From: Mollicutes bacterium
GTDB lineage: Bacteria; Bacillota_I; Bacilli_A; RF39; UBA660
Length of the DNA: 36,886 bases
Assembly: GCA_012841205.1 (NCBI GenBank)
Contig: DUVE01000007.1
Coordinates: forward strand, 1-36,886
Direction: 5' to 3'
Positions 26,376 through 36,301 of this stretch are shown piece after piece. How positions within the stretch are numbered: the first letter of the stretch is position 1; every line of letters begins with the position of its first letter. A program made the position numbers and the translations under genes. Under the pieces are notes generated by a model, which saw only the letters and a program-made list of their open reading frames with translations, was not told the origin of the DNA and ran no database searches.

Positions 26376-27176
26376 ATGAAGCAAAGAGTCTTAACAGCAA
26401 TTATTCTCATAATTATTTGTGTACCGCTTTTAATGCTTGGTGGAACTCTTTTTACTTTACTTGTACTTACAATTGGATGCTTAGCATTAAATGAAATATT
26501 TAAAATGAGGGATATAAAACATAAGATTCCTATAGGAATGAGACTTATAACTTTTGCAACTTTTATATACTTTATAATAAATATGCCAGTTGATGGAAAT
26601 TTCGTATATTTACTTGATTATCGCAATATAGTACTGATATTATTGATGCTTTTATTACCGATAATTGTATATCATGATAATCGCGTGTATAATATAAATG
26701 ACGCTATGTTTCTAGTCGGTATGGTTTTCTTCTTAGGTATTTCTTTTAATTTAGTAATCACACTTAGAGAATATAGCTTGATGCGTGTTATATATATATT
26801 TGTTATCACATCTGCAACAGATACATATGCACTAATAAGTGGTTCCTTGATCGGAAAACATAAATTACTAGAAAGTATTTCTCCTAAAAAAACATGGGAG
26901 GGTCTTATCTTTGGTACCATTTTTGGAGTTTTAATAGGTTCAGTATTTTATTATATTACAATAAATGATAGCATTAATGTTTTACATTTAGTTTTAGGTA
27001 CAACATTAATTTCGTTAGTAGGACAAATGGGCGATCTTGTTTTTTCATCTATTAAAAGATTCTACAATAAGAAGGATTTTTCTAATTTATTGCCGGGTCA
27101 TGGTGGAATATTAGATAGAATAGATAGTTTTATTTTTGCCGTACTCAGTTATGTATTGTTAAAGTTTATGTTATAG
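26376..27176 (+). CDS. cdsA: phosphatidate cytidylyltransferase
   Basis: Signature SSIKRFYNKKDFSNLLPGHGGILDRIDS. ATG 26376 follows RBS GGAGGTG. Confidence 0.9.
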   Translation: MKQRVLTAIILIIICVPLLMLGGTLFTLLVLTIGCLALNEIFKMRDIKHKIPIGMRLITFATFIYFIINMPVDGNFVYLLDYRNIVLILLMLLLPIIVYHDNRVYNINDAMFLVGMVFFLGISFNLVITLREYSLMRVIYIFVITSATDTYALISGSLIGKHKLLESISPKKTWEGLIFGTIFGVLIGSVFYYITINDSINVLHLVLGTTLISLVGQMGDLVFSSIKRFYNKKDFSNLLPGHGGILDRIDSFIFAVLSYVLLKFML

Positions 27177-27190
27177 AAAGGTGGTCAAAA

Positions 27191-28228
27191 ATGACACTAA
27201 TATATTTTATTTTAATTCTTGGTGTAACAATATTTGTTCATGAATTAGGACACTTTATTTTCGCTAAGAGAGCCGGTATTTATGTATATGAATTTTCATT
27301 AGGTATGGGGCCCAAAATTTTTAGTTTTAATCGTAAGGATGATGAAACTGTTTATTCGATTAGATTATTTCCTTTAGGAGGCTTTGTTCAAATGGCAGGT
27401 GAGGAGATAACACCTGACGAAGAAATCCCTGAGGAGAAGAGAATGCAATCTAAAACATGGGTAGAACGTTTTCTAACAATAGTAGCAGGTTGTATCTCTA
27501 ATTTTATTTTTGCATTAATATTATTATTTGTAGTTGGTTTGATTTATGGTTCGCCTGAATTAAAACCTTATATTGGGGAGTCATTAAAGAATTATCCAGC
27601 ATATGAAGTGGGAATTGAAGATGGTGATTTAATATTAAGTATCAATGGGGAGAATATGTCTACATCTGATGATGTATTAATGAAATTAGAACTTCTTGAC
27701 AAAGAAAAGACAGCTTCTTTTAAAGTTGAAAAAAAAGACGGGACTATAAAAACATATGATCTTAATCCCAAAAAGGAAACAATAGATGGTGTTGAACAAT
27801 ATAAATTTGGATTTACATTTACTGATAAAGTAAATTATGGATTAGGAGAGACTTTAAAGTTTACTTTTACTAAATTTGCTTCGACAGTTAAGTCTATGTT
27901 TCAAGTAATTACAAATCTTATAACTGGTAATTTAGGTTTAGATAGATTGTCAGGTCCGGTTGGTATATATGGCATTGTTGGTGAAGGGGTAAAAGCAGGT
28001 TTTGAAAATGTATTATTTTTAACAGCATTTTTAAGTATCAATGTTGGCTTTGTTAATTTATTACCATTTCCAGCATTTGATGGGGGACGCTTATTGTTTT
28101 TAGTTATTGAAAAAATCAAGGGTTCTAAAGTAGATTCTAAATTTGAAAACATTTTGCATGCTATTGGTTTTGCATTACTAATAATATTGATGATTTATAT
28201 TACAATTCAGGATATAAGTCGATTGTAG
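27191..28228 (+). CDS. rseP: RIP site-2 zinc metalloprotease (RseP/RasP)
   Basis: HELGHF, a central PDZ-like segment and NLLPFPAFDGG. Confidence 0.9.
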   Translation: MTLIYFILILGVTIFVHELGHFIFAKRAGIYVYEFSLGMGPKIFSFNRKDDETVYSIRLFPLGGFVQMAGEEITPDEEIPEEKRMQSKTWVERFLTIVAGCISNFIFALILLFVVGLIYGSPELKPYIGESLKNYPAYEVGIEDGDLILSINGENMSTSDDVLMKLELLDKEKTASFKVEKKDGTIKTYDLNPKKETIDGVEQYKFGFTFTDKVNYGLGETLKFTFTKFASTVKSMFQVITNLITGNLGLDRLSGPVGIYGIVGEGVKAGFENVLFLTAFLSINVGFVNLLPFPAFDGGRLLFLVIEKIKGSKVDSKFENILHAIGFALLIILMIYITIQDISRL

Positions 28229-28240
28229 GGAGGTTTTAAA

Positions 28241-28594
28241 GTGAGAGATAAAGTAAAAATCTTAACTTGTTGTTCTCATTTTGATGAAATAGTTAATCAT
28301 GATTTTTTAGAGGATGATATATTTACTAAAAAATTAATACAGTATTATCAAGATTTTATTTTTAGTATCCAAGATATTGAAAAAAATTTACCACTTATCA
28401 AAGTTCTTGATGAAGCGGTATATAAATATATAGAAGATTATCGCTTTGCTAAAAGTTTGAAAGATACTCTAGATATTGATGTTATTGTAAGTGATAAGTT
28501 CAATTGGTTAGGTGAATTAATTGAATATATTATTAATTTTTATAAAACATATGATGATTCATCAGTCCCAGTAACACCAACTAAATGGATATAG
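28241..28594 (+). CDS. hypothetical cytoplasmic protein (117 aa, GTG start)
   Basis: RBS GGGAGG lies 5 nt upstream. It is tightly packed between rseP and fmt. No motif recognised. Confidence 0.5.
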   Translation: MRDKVKILTCCSHFDEIVNHDFLEDDIFTKKLIQYYQDFIFSIQDIEKNLPLIKVLDEAVYKYIEDYRFAKSLKDTLDIDVIVSDKFNWLGELIEYIINFYKTYDDSSVPVTPTKWI

Positions 28595-28603
28595 GAGGTA
28601 TAT

Positions 28604-29530
28604 ATGAAAAACATTAAGGTTTTATTTATGGGAACACCAGTATTTAGTGTTCCGCTCTTAGAAGCTTTAATAGAGAATTGTACTGTTGTTGGAGTAGTAT
28701 GCCAACCAGATAGAGAAAAAGGAAAAGTGCCTCCAATAAAAAAGGTCGCTTTAGAAAACAACATTCCTGTTTTTCAACCAGAAAAAGTTAAAGAAGATTA
28801 TCATGATTTTTTAAAGTTAAATCCAGACATTATTATTACATGTGCTTATGGTCAAATAATTCCTAAAGCTATTATAGATGCACCTCGCTTTGGATGTGTT
28901 AATGTTCATGCATCTTTATTACCTAAATTAAGAGGTGGAGCGCCGATTCATCATGCTATACTTAGAGGTGATAGTAAAACAGGTATTACTATTATGTTTA
29001 TGGTTGAGAGAATGGATGCTGGACCTATTATAACTATGAGAGAAGAAATGATTCTACAAACTGATAATGTTGGAACCCTTCATGATCGTTTAAGTTTTTT
29101 AGGAAGGGATTTAATGATTGAGGTATTACCAGATATTATTTCAGGCAATATAAATCCGGTCAAACAAAATGAAAGTGAAGCTACATTCGCACCTAATATT
29201 AAAAGGGAGAATGAACATATTGATTTTAACAAAACTCAAAAAGAAGTATTTAATCAAATTAGAGGTTTAAATCCATGGCCTGGTGCTTATGGTATATTAG
29301 AAGCTAAGGTATTTAAAGTATGGGATTCTAAAATAGGAGAAAATACATATCCTGGCAGGTTCAATGGTGAAATTGTAAAACTTTATGAAGATGGAATAGG
29401 TATCAAAGTAGCGAATGGTGAAATAATCCTTACAGAAGTCCAATTAGAAGGTAGAAAAAGAATGAGTGCTAGAGACTTCTTAAATGGATTAAAAAATAAA
29501 GATCTTTTGATAGGGAAGATATTTGAATAG
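28604..29530 (+). CDS. fmt: methionyl-tRNA formyltransferase
   Basis: FMGTP N-terminus, NVHASLLPKLRGGAPI (HxSLLPxxRG) and a C-terminal beta-barrel domain. Confidence 0.95.
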   Translation: MKNIKVLFMGTPVFSVPLLEALIENCTVVGVVCQPDREKGKVPPIKKVALENNIPVFQPEKVKEDYHDFLKLNPDIIITCAYGQIIPKAIIDAPRFGCVNVHASLLPKLRGGAPIHHAILRGDSKTGITIMFMVERMDAGPIITMREEMILQTDNVGTLHDRLSFLGRDLMIEVLPDIISGNINPVKQNESEATFAPNIKRENEHIDFNKTQKEVFNQIRGLNPWPGAYGILEAKVFKVWDSKIGENTYPGRFNGEIVKLYEDGIGIKVANGEIILTEVQLEGRKRMSARDFLNGLKNKDLLIGKIFE

Positions 29531-29541
29531 AGGTAATACTA

Positions 29542-30159
29542 ATGAAATTAGAAAAACTCAAAAAATTATCTAAAAGCAAATACTTTAAGCCATTAATTTT
29601 TTTTGGCTTCTATTTTGTCTTTTTTACTGTGATAATTGTTTCAATGTCACCAAGTAATTATCAAGCAGAAAAAGAAGAAAAAATAGAAACTAAATGGCAA
29701 GATATTAAAAATAATTATGAGTATCTTTATGAAATAGAAAAAGATGACCAAGTAGTTATTTTAGAAGGAAAAAAACACAATAATAAAAATCTTTTCACGA
29801 AAAAAGTAAACGATGATTTAGAAGCTGAGGTATACGTTTTCTATAATGATATATCTATTAAAACAGAAGATGATAAGTGGGAAAAAGTAGATGACTTTAT
29901 TTTAGTAGACGAATCTTTCAATGAAAAGTTACTTGATATAAATTATTTAAAAGAGATAATAGAAGATTCTGAATTTATTTCAAAAAACACTAATTTTGAT
30001 GAAAGTATAAGTGAAAAGTATAAATATAATGATATAAAATTAGAAGTAACACATGAGAACAATATCTTAAGAAAAATAACGTTTTCTATTCCTTCTTATA
30101 ATATCGAACTTCAATATAAAAAAATTGGAGAACTTAAAAATTTTGTAGTGGAAAAATAA
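29542..30159 (+). CDS. hypothetical N-terminally anchored protein (205 aa)
   Basis: RBS AGAGGT and one TM segment (FKPLIFFGFYFVFFTVIIVSM), then a K/E/D-rich domain. It occupies the slot where rsmB lies in Bacillus. Confidence 0.55.
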   Translation: MKLEKLKKLSKSKYFKPLIFFGFYFVFFTVIIVSMSPSNYQAEKEEKIETKWQDIKNNYEYLYEIEKDDQVVILEGKKHNNKNLFTKKVNDDLEAEVYVFYNDISIKTEDDKWEKVDDFILVDESFNEKLLDINYLKEIIEDSEFISKNTNFDESISEKYKYNDIKLEVTHENNILRKITFSIPSYNIELQYKKIGELKNFVVEK

Positions 30160-30190
30160 CTTTCCCCTTTTTTACTGTAAGGAGAATAAT

Positions 30191-31204
30191 ATGAAAAGCA
30201 TATATGATTTAGATATGAATGAACTAAATGATTATTTAAAAGAACATAATCAAAAGCCTTATATAGCTAACCAGATATTCGATTGGCTATATAAAAAAAG
30301 GGTTGCATCATTTGAAGAGATGACTAATTTAAAAAAAGGATTCAGGGATCAATTAGCAAAAGATTTTTCTTATAGTTCAATTGAAATTATAAAAAAACAA
30401 ATAGGAAAAGATGTATATAAATACTTGTTTAACTTGAATGATGATGAGAAGATAGAGGCAGTTTTAATGTTTCATGATTATGGGACAAGTTTGTGCATAT
30501 CTACTCAAGTAGGCTGTAATATGGGGTGTTTATTCTGTGAAAGTGGTAGATTAAAGAAGGTACGTAATCTTTTATCAAGTGAAATGGTTTTACAAATATT
30601 AGAGATTGAGAAGGATATAAAAAAACGTATTTCACATATTGTTATAATGGGAATAGGTGAACCTTTTGATAATTATGATGAGGTTATGAAGTTTATTAGA
30701 ATAGTAAATAGTAATAAAGGTATCGATATAGGGGCAAGACATATAACTATATCAACTTGTGGAATTGTTCCAAAAATAATTGATTTTGCTAATGAAAAAA
30801 CACAAGTTAATTTAGCAATTTCACTACATGGGCCTAATAATGAGATTAGAAATAAGATAATGCCTATAAATAAAGTTTATGACATAAAATTACTTATAGA
30901 TACAGTTAAAGATTATATAAGTTTAACTAATCGAAGGGTAACGTTTGAATATATAATGATAGATGGTGTAAATGATTCCATCTCTTGTTCTAATGAATTA
31001 TCAGCATTATTAAAGGGAATAAATTGTTATGTTAATTTAATACCTTATAATGAAACAAATAACTTGTCATTTAAGAAAAGTAGTAATACTAATATAATGC
31101 GTTTTTATGATATACTTAAAAAGAACAATATAAATGTTACGGTAAGAAGGGAATTTGGTAGTGAAGTGGATGCAGCTTGTGGCCAACTTAGGGCAACCAA
31201 TTAG
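30191..31204 (+). CDS. rlmN: 23S rRNA/tRNA adenine-C2 methyltransferase (radical SAM)
   Basis: GCNMGCLFCESG cluster, MGIGEP and C-terminal DAACGQL. Confidence 0.93.
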   Translation: MKSIYDLDMNELNDYLKEHNQKPYIANQIFDWLYKKRVASFEEMTNLKKGFRDQLAKDFSYSSIEIIKKQIGKDVYKYLFNLNDDEKIEAVLMFHDYGTSLCISTQVGCNMGCLFCESGRLKKVRNLLSSEMVLQILEIEKDIKKRISHIVIMGIGEPFDNYDEVMKFIRIVNSNKGIDIGARHITISTCGIVPKIIDFANEKTQVNLAISLHGPNNEIRNKIMPINKVYDIKLLIDTVKDYISLTNRRVTFEYIMIDGVNDSISCSNELSALLKGINCYVNLIPYNETNNLSFKKSSNTNIMRFYDILKKNNINVTVRREFGSEVDAACGQLRATN

Positions 31205-31218
31205 AAAGTGGTGAGATA

Positions 31219-31959
31219 ATGCAAACATATTATTTAACTGATGCAGGAAAAATAAGGGAACATAACGAGGACAATGTCACTATTGCTCAAAATAACAATG
31301 GTGAATATTTACTTGCTGTTGCTGATGGAATGGGGGGGCATCAAGCAGGCGAAGTTGCTTCTTCGATGACTATTGATTACATCAATGAAGCTTTTTTGAA
31401 AATGGATTCAATTGGTGACAAAGCAAACGCTGTAAACTGGCTAAGGGAATCAGTTGAAATTATTAACAATAATATTTTTGCTTATACTGATAAAGTTGTA
31501 GAAAGTAAAGGGATGGGAACAACTCTTGTCGTTGCTATTTTAACTAAAGACTATCTTCTATTTGGCAATATCGGTGATAGTTCGGGTTTTGTCATGAAAG
31601 AAAATAATTTATATAAAGTAACTAAAGATCACACTTTAGTAAATCTTTTAGTTTCTACAGGGGAATTAACAGAAGAGGAAGCAAAAATGCATCCTAAGAA
31701 AAATGTTTTAATGCGTGCTATTGGCGCTAATAATCCAATAGAAATAGACATATTTGATGTTGATATAAATGTTGATGCTATATTACTATGTAGTGATGGT
31801 CTAACCAATATGCTTAGTAAGGAGCAAATTCAAAAAGTATTAGAAACAGAGAGTTTAACGGTTGAAGAAAAAGTTATACGCTTAATTAAGAAAAGTAATA
31901 ACAGAGGGGGAACCGATAATATATCAATAGCTTATCTAGTTAAAGAGAGTGGTGAATAA
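31219..31959 (+). CDS. prpC: PP2C-family Ser/Thr phosphatase
   Basis: Motifs EDN, ADGMGGH, GMGTT, CSDGL and GGTDNIS. Confidence 0.93.
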   Translation: MQTYYLTDAGKIREHNEDNVTIAQNNNGEYLLAVADGMGGHQAGEVASSMTIDYINEAFLKMDSIGDKANAVNWLRESVEIINNNIFAYTDKVVESKGMGTTLVVAILTKDYLLFGNIGDSSGFVMKENNLYKVTKDHTLVNLLVSTGELTEEEAKMHPKKNVLMRAIGANNPIEIDIFDVDINVDAILLCSDGLTNMLSKEQIQKVLETESLTVEEKVIRLIKKSNNRGGTDNISIAYLVKESGE

Positions 31960-31961
31960 GT

Positions 31962-33686
31962 ATGGTAGTTAAAGGTCAAAAAATAAATGAGAGATATGAA
32001 ATAATTAAATTATTAGGCGAAGGAGGCATGGCTAATGTTTTCTTAGCTGAAGATATTATTTTAGGTAGAAAAGTAGCTGTTAAAGTATTAAGAGGTGATT
32101 TAGCAGGGGATGAAAAGTTTGTAAGACGTTTTCAACGTGAAGCTTTAGCGGCATCTTCTCTTGGTCATCCGAATATTGTCGAGATGTATGATGTAGGTGA
32201 AGATAATGGCGATTTTTATATTGTTATGGAATATGTTGATGGCAGAAATTTAAAACAACTTATTAAAAAAAGAGGGGCACTTACTTTCCCAGAGGTTATC
32301 GATATAATGCTTCAACTTACCGATGGCCTATCACATGCCCATGATGCATATATAATTCATCGTGATATTAAACCACAAAATATTTTGATATTAGAAAATG
32401 GGTTAGTAAAAATAACTGATTTCGGTATAGCTATGGCACTTAATAACACCCAACTTACTCAAACCAATTCAGTAATGGGTTCAGTTCATTATCTACCACC
32501 AGAACAAGCGGCTGGTAAGGGAAGTACTATAAAGAGTGATGTTTATGCTTTAGGTATTTTGATGTATGAACTTCTAACAGGAAAACTTCCCTTTAAAGGG
32601 GAAAATGCTGTTGAGATAGCTTTAAAACATATGAAAGACCCACTTCCGTCACTAAGACGTGAATTAAATGATGTCCCGCAAAGTCTTGAAAATGTAATAA
32701 TTAAAGCATCAGCTAAAAATCCTAAAAATAGATATAGTAGTGCTAGAGAAATGCATGAGGATTTAAAAACCGTAATGGATGAAGATAGGTTAAATGAACC
32801 TCGTCATATTTATAAATACTTAGAACATGATTTAGAAGATACAAAAGTATTACCTGTAATAAAGGAAGAAAAGGAGGCAGAAAAAATCGCAAAACCAATT
32901 AAAGAAAATGATTTTAGACCAAATAAGAAGCCATTTATTATCTTAGGTGGAATTTTATTATCTTTAATTATTTTCCTATTTATAGCATTTATAGTTTATC
33001 CAAAATTAACTAGAGTTCCTGATATAAAAGTGCCTGATGTATCAAATTTAAGTGTGCAGGAGGCCGAATCGAAGCTTAAAGGGTTAGGTTTTGAAGTTGC
33101 AGTTGATATAGAAGAGGTAAGTAGCAGTACCATAAAGGAAGGTAAGATTGTTAAAACCTCACCTGCTGCAGGAAGAATGATAAAGAAGGGAACAACAATT
33201 ATTCTATACCAATCAACTGGTGAAAACACTATAATAATTGAAAATTATATTGGCAAAGATTTTATTGAAATTAAAACATCATTAATATTAAAAGGTATTA
33301 CAGTAAGGCAAGAAAAGAAAGATGTTGATGATGTAACTTTATATAGAGATAAAGAAAGTATTATTATAGATCAAAGTGTAGAACCAAAAACCGTCTTAAA
33401 AGAAGGCGATGAAATAATTTTGTATGTACCAAATATATATGATGTTTATCCTAACTTTGTAGAGGAAAAGTGGTCTGAAGCTGATGTTAGAGCTTTTGCC
33501 TTAGAATATGAAATTAATATAGATGTTGAATACAAAGATACAAATGATAAAGAACCAGACATAGTTATTTATCAAAGTAGAGCTCCAGAATCTCCAATAG
33601 TAAAAGGTGTAACTTTAAAAGTTGAGATTACTAGAGAAATAATTGAAGAAGAACCTAACCAAGACGAAGGTGAGGACGAATTATAA
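31962..33686 (+). CDS. prkC: Hanks-type Ser/Thr kinase with PASTA repeats
   Basis: GEGGMANV, VAVK, HRDIKPQN, DFG and a PPE activation segment. A TM segment at about residue 330 is followed by three PASTA-like repeats. Confidence 0.93.
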   Translation: MVVKGQKINERYEIIKLLGEGGMANVFLAEDIILGRKVAVKVLRGDLAGDEKFVRRFQREALAASSLGHPNIVEMYDVGEDNGDFYIVMEYVDGRNLKQLIKKRGALTFPEVIDIMLQLTDGLSHAHDAYIIHRDIKPQNILILENGLVKITDFGIAMALNNTQLTQTNSVMGSVHYLPPEQAAGKGSTIKSDVYALGILMYELLTGKLPFKGENAVEIALKHMKDPLPSLRRELNDVPQSLENVIIKASAKNPKNRYSSAREMHEDLKTVMDEDRLNEPRHIYKYLEHDLEDTKVLPVIKEEKEAEKIAKPIKENDFRPNKKPFIILGGILLSLIIFLFIAFIVYPKLTRVPDIKVPDVSNLSVQEAESKLKGLGFEVAVDIEEVSSSTIKEGKIVKTSPAAGRMIKKGTTIILYQSTGENTIIIENYIGKDFIEIKTSLILKGITVRQEKKDVDDVTLYRDKESIIIDQSVEPKTVLKEGDEIILYVPNIYDVYPNFVEEKWSEADVRAFALEYEINIDVEYKDTNDKEPDIVIYQSRAPESPIVKGVTLKVEITREIIEEEPNQDEGEDEL

Positions 33687-33687
33687 T

Positions 33688-34566
33688 ATGGTAGGTCAGA
33701 TAATACGTAATATTAGTAACTTGTATACCGTTAAATATGAAAATAATTATATTGAGTGTAATGCAAGGGGAAAGTTTAAAAATAAAAATTTAAAGCCATT
33801 AGTTGGCGACAAAGTGATATTTGATAAAGAAAAAAAGCTCATTACCGAGCTTTTGCCACGTAAAAACGAACTACTTCGACCACCTATTTGTAATGTAGAT
33901 CAAGCTCTTATTGTAATAAGTGTAAAAGAGCCTAACCTTGATAAATATCTTTTAGATAAAATGATATCTATTATAAGTAATGAAGGCATTAATATAATAA
34001 TATGTTTTACAAAATTAGATTTATTAGAAGGTCTAAAAAAAGATGAAATAAATGAATATATAAAGTATTATAAGCAAATAGGTTATGATGTAGTCACTAA
34101 TAATCAAACTGAAGAATTACATCGCTTGCTTAAAAATAAAATAACCGTTTTAGCTGGCCAAAGTGGAGTAGGTAAATCAAGCTTATTAAATATGTTAGAT
34201 AATACCTTAAATTTAAAAACAAATGTTATTTCACATGCTTTAGGTCGCGGTAAACATACAACAAGACATGTTGAACTACTTGAAATAAAAGATTCCCTAG
34301 TAGCAGATACTCCGGGTTTTTCATCTCTTAATTTCCATAGTATGAAAAAAGAAGAGATAAGAGATTCTATGCCTGAGTTTGAAAAAAATAAAGATGGTTG
34401 TAAATATAGAGATTGTTTTCACCTAAAAGAGGATGACTGTAAGATTAAGGAATTAGTAAAAAATGGTGAAATTTTGGATTCAAGATATGCAAATTATCAA
34501 AAATTCTTAAAAGAAAAGGATGATGAAAATGACCAAAATATCAATATCAATTTTAACAAAAAATGA
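33688..34566 (+). CDS. rsgA: ribosome small-subunit-dependent GTPase A
   Basis: GQSGVGKSSLLN, DTPGF and Zn motif CKYRDCFHLKEDDC. ATG 33688 lies 1 nt after the prkC stop. Confidence 0.92.
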   Translation: MVGQIIRNISNLYTVKYENNYIECNARGKFKNKNLKPLVGDKVIFDKEKKLITELLPRKNELLRPPICNVDQALIVISVKEPNLDKYLLDKMISIISNEGINIIICFTKLDLLEGLKKDEINEYIKYYKQIGYDVVTNNQTEELHRLLKNKITVLAGQSGVGKSSLLNMLDNTLNLKTNVISHALGRGKHTTRHVELLEIKDSLVADTPGFSSLNFHSMKKEEIRDSMPEFEKNKDGCKYRDCFHLKEDDCKIKELVKNGEILDSRYANYQKFLKEKDDENDQNININFNKK

Positions 34567-35170
34567 TAATAATACAATTGAAGAATTAAATAAATTAGAT
34601 TTTGATTATTTTCATATTGATGTTATGGATGGATACTTTGTAAAAGAAACTAATTTTCCTGTATCAAAGATCAATCAAATAAGTAATATCGTTAAAAAAC
34701 CATTAGATGTTCATTTGATGGTTACAGATATTGATTCATATATCGATAATTTATCCTTATCTAATATAGAATATATAACAATTCATTATGAGGCTTTTAA
34801 TGGAAATATTGAGTTGCTAAAAAAAATAAAAAAGAAAGGTATAAAGTGTGGACTTTCAGTTAAGCCTATAACTAGTATCAAAGAAACATTTTATTTGTTA
34901 GACAACATTGATTTAATTTTGATCATGAGTGTTGAACCAGGATATGGTGGGCAAAAATTTATACCTTCTTCATTAGAAAAAATTAAGGAATTAAAAGAAG
35001 AAATAAACAGGCGTAATTTAACAACAATTATTTCAGTTGATGGAGGTATAAATGAAGATACAGCCAAATTATGTATTGAATCAGGAGCCGATATGCTTGT
35101 GACAGGTTCATATGTAATTAAAGCCGATAATTATCAAAATGCCATCAACTCATTAAGAAATCATAATTAA
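34529..35170 (+). CDS. rpe: ribulose-phosphate 3-epimerase
   Basis: Motifs HIDVMDG, HLMV, MSVEPGYGGQKF and VDGGI. Possible starts are 34520, 34523 and 34529; it overlaps the rsgA 3' end. Confidence 0.92.
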   Translation: MTKISISILTKNDNNTIEELNKLDFDYFHIDVMDGYFVKETNFPVSKINQISNIVKKPLDVHLMVTDIDSYIDNLSLSNIEYITIHYEAFNGNIELLKKIKKKGIKCGLSVKPITSIKETFYLLDNIDLILIMSVEPGYGGQKFIPSSLEKIKELKEEINRRNLTTIISVDGGINEDTAKLCIESGADMLVTGSYVIKADNYQNAINSLRNHN

Positions 35171-35232
35171 ATAAATGAAAGCTAACAGATTATAATGTGG
35201 TGATATATTTGTGACATGATAGGAGGATAAGC

Positions 35233-35634
35233 ATGTTGAAAAACAAGAAAGGGTTCACATTAGTCGAATTGTTAGCAGTAATTGTTATTTTGGCAATAAT
35301 ATTAGCAATAGCAGTTCCAGGTATATCAGGAATAATTAATAATTCTAGGAGAAGCGCATTTGAAGCTGATGTTAAAATGATTATCACTGGTATTGAGTAT
35401 GAAATTCTAGAAGCAACCATCGATGAGAATACAACAGCTCCAGCCGTAGGTGATATATTACCTAACATAGCTAATTATGGTGCTGACCCAACTAACTATA
35501 CCGAAGCTACTATTACTAGTTTGGATCCAATAACTTTAACTATTACATCAAGTGCTAATAGTGAGTTTGGAGCATGGACGACAACTGGTGCAACTAAGTC
35601 TTCTGTTACAGCAACTGTTCCAGAAACGCCGTAA
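35233..35634 (+). CDS. type IV pilin-like protein, paralog 1 (prepilin N-methylation motif)
   Basis: MLKNKKG|FTLVELLAVIVILAIILAIAVPG has Gly-1/Phe+1/Glu+5. RBS is TAGGAGGA and the gene has its own terminator. Confidence 0.8.
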   Translation: MLKNKKGFTLVELLAVIVILAIILAIAVPGISGIINNSRRSAFEADVKMIITGIEYEILEATIDENTTAPAVGDILPNIANYGADPTNYTEATITSLDPITLTITSSANSEFGAWTTTGATKSSVTATVPETP

Positions 35635-35683
35635 TCGTAAAGCAAATGTAAAATATATGAGAGAGAACTTATTAAGTTTCTTA

Positions 35684-35712
35684 AAGAAAACAATTTATGT
35701 TTTCTTTTTTTT
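35684..35712 (+). terminator. terminator of pilin paralog 1
   Basis: Stem AAGAAAACA (35684-35692) / TGTTTTCTT (35698-35706), then a T6 run. Confidence 0.75.
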
Positions 35713-35784
35713 ACAAAATGTGACAAAATAATTGGCTACATATTTACATTGTGTTATATTTGTTATAGTTGGAGGATATGAAAT

Positions 35785-36194
35785 ATGTTAGACAAAAAAG
35801 GTTTTACATTAGTAGAATTGTTAGCAGTAATTGTAATTTTAGCAGTAATATTAGCAATAGCAGTACCAGGAATTTCAAATATGACCAAGAGTGCAAAAAA
35901 ATCGGCATTCGAAGACAATGTTAAATTGATTATCAAAGGAATCGAGTATGCTATTTTAAATGCTGATTTAGAAGGAACAGCAAGACCGAAAACAGGAGCA
36001 GCTAATGCTGGTGATTTTGGTGCCAATGCAAGTGATTATGCTAGTTTTTCAATAGATAGTTTGGACCCAATAACTATTAGTTTAACTGGCCAGGCGGAAG
36101 CAGTAAGTTTGGTTCTTGTACTGTAACTAAAGCAACTTCATCAAATCTTAAGCATTCAGGCTCAGGTGATGGTGTTATTAGTGGTTGTAACTAG
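35785..36194 (+). pseudogene. type IV pilin-like paralog 2, interrupted by a 1-nt frameshift near 36094-36096
   Basis: Frame 1 (35785-36126) gives MLDKKG|FTLVELL...SLDPITISLTGQAEAVSLVLVL*. The next frame (36096-36194) reads GSSKFGSCTVTKATSSNLKHSGSGDGVISGCN*, which aligns with the C-termini of paralogs 1 and 3 (NSEFGAW.., DSKFGAQ..). Confidence 0.65.
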
Positions 36195-36240
36195 AAGCAT
36201 TATAATTATGTAATAAGTAATAGAAAATTGATTTAATTCT

Positions 36241-36280
36241 CTATTTTATTTGACAACTATTTTATTTGACAACTATTTTC
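36241..36280. repeat. 16-bp tandem direct repeat CTATTTTATTTGACAA x2 plus partial third unit
   Basis: 36241-36256 equals 36257-36272 exactly, and 36273-36280 (CTATTTTC) is a partial third unit. Each full unit contains TTGACA. Confidence 0.9.
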
Positions 36281-36301
36281 AACCTATTTATGCAATATTA
36301 A

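Noticed and set aside
35190-36026. Minus-strand ORFs 35190-35468, 35496-35726 and 35763-36026, antisense to the pilin genes. Two share similar sequences.
   Set aside because: Their similarity is a by-product of the duplicated pilin 5' modules on the + strand. They have no RBS or promoter, and the + strand genes carry canonical prepilin signatures.
36241-36280. Tandem repeat as a possible CRISPR array or minisatellite.
   Set aside because: There are only 2.5 contiguous 16-bp units with no spacers and no cas genes. It is reported as a promoter-region tandem repeat instead.
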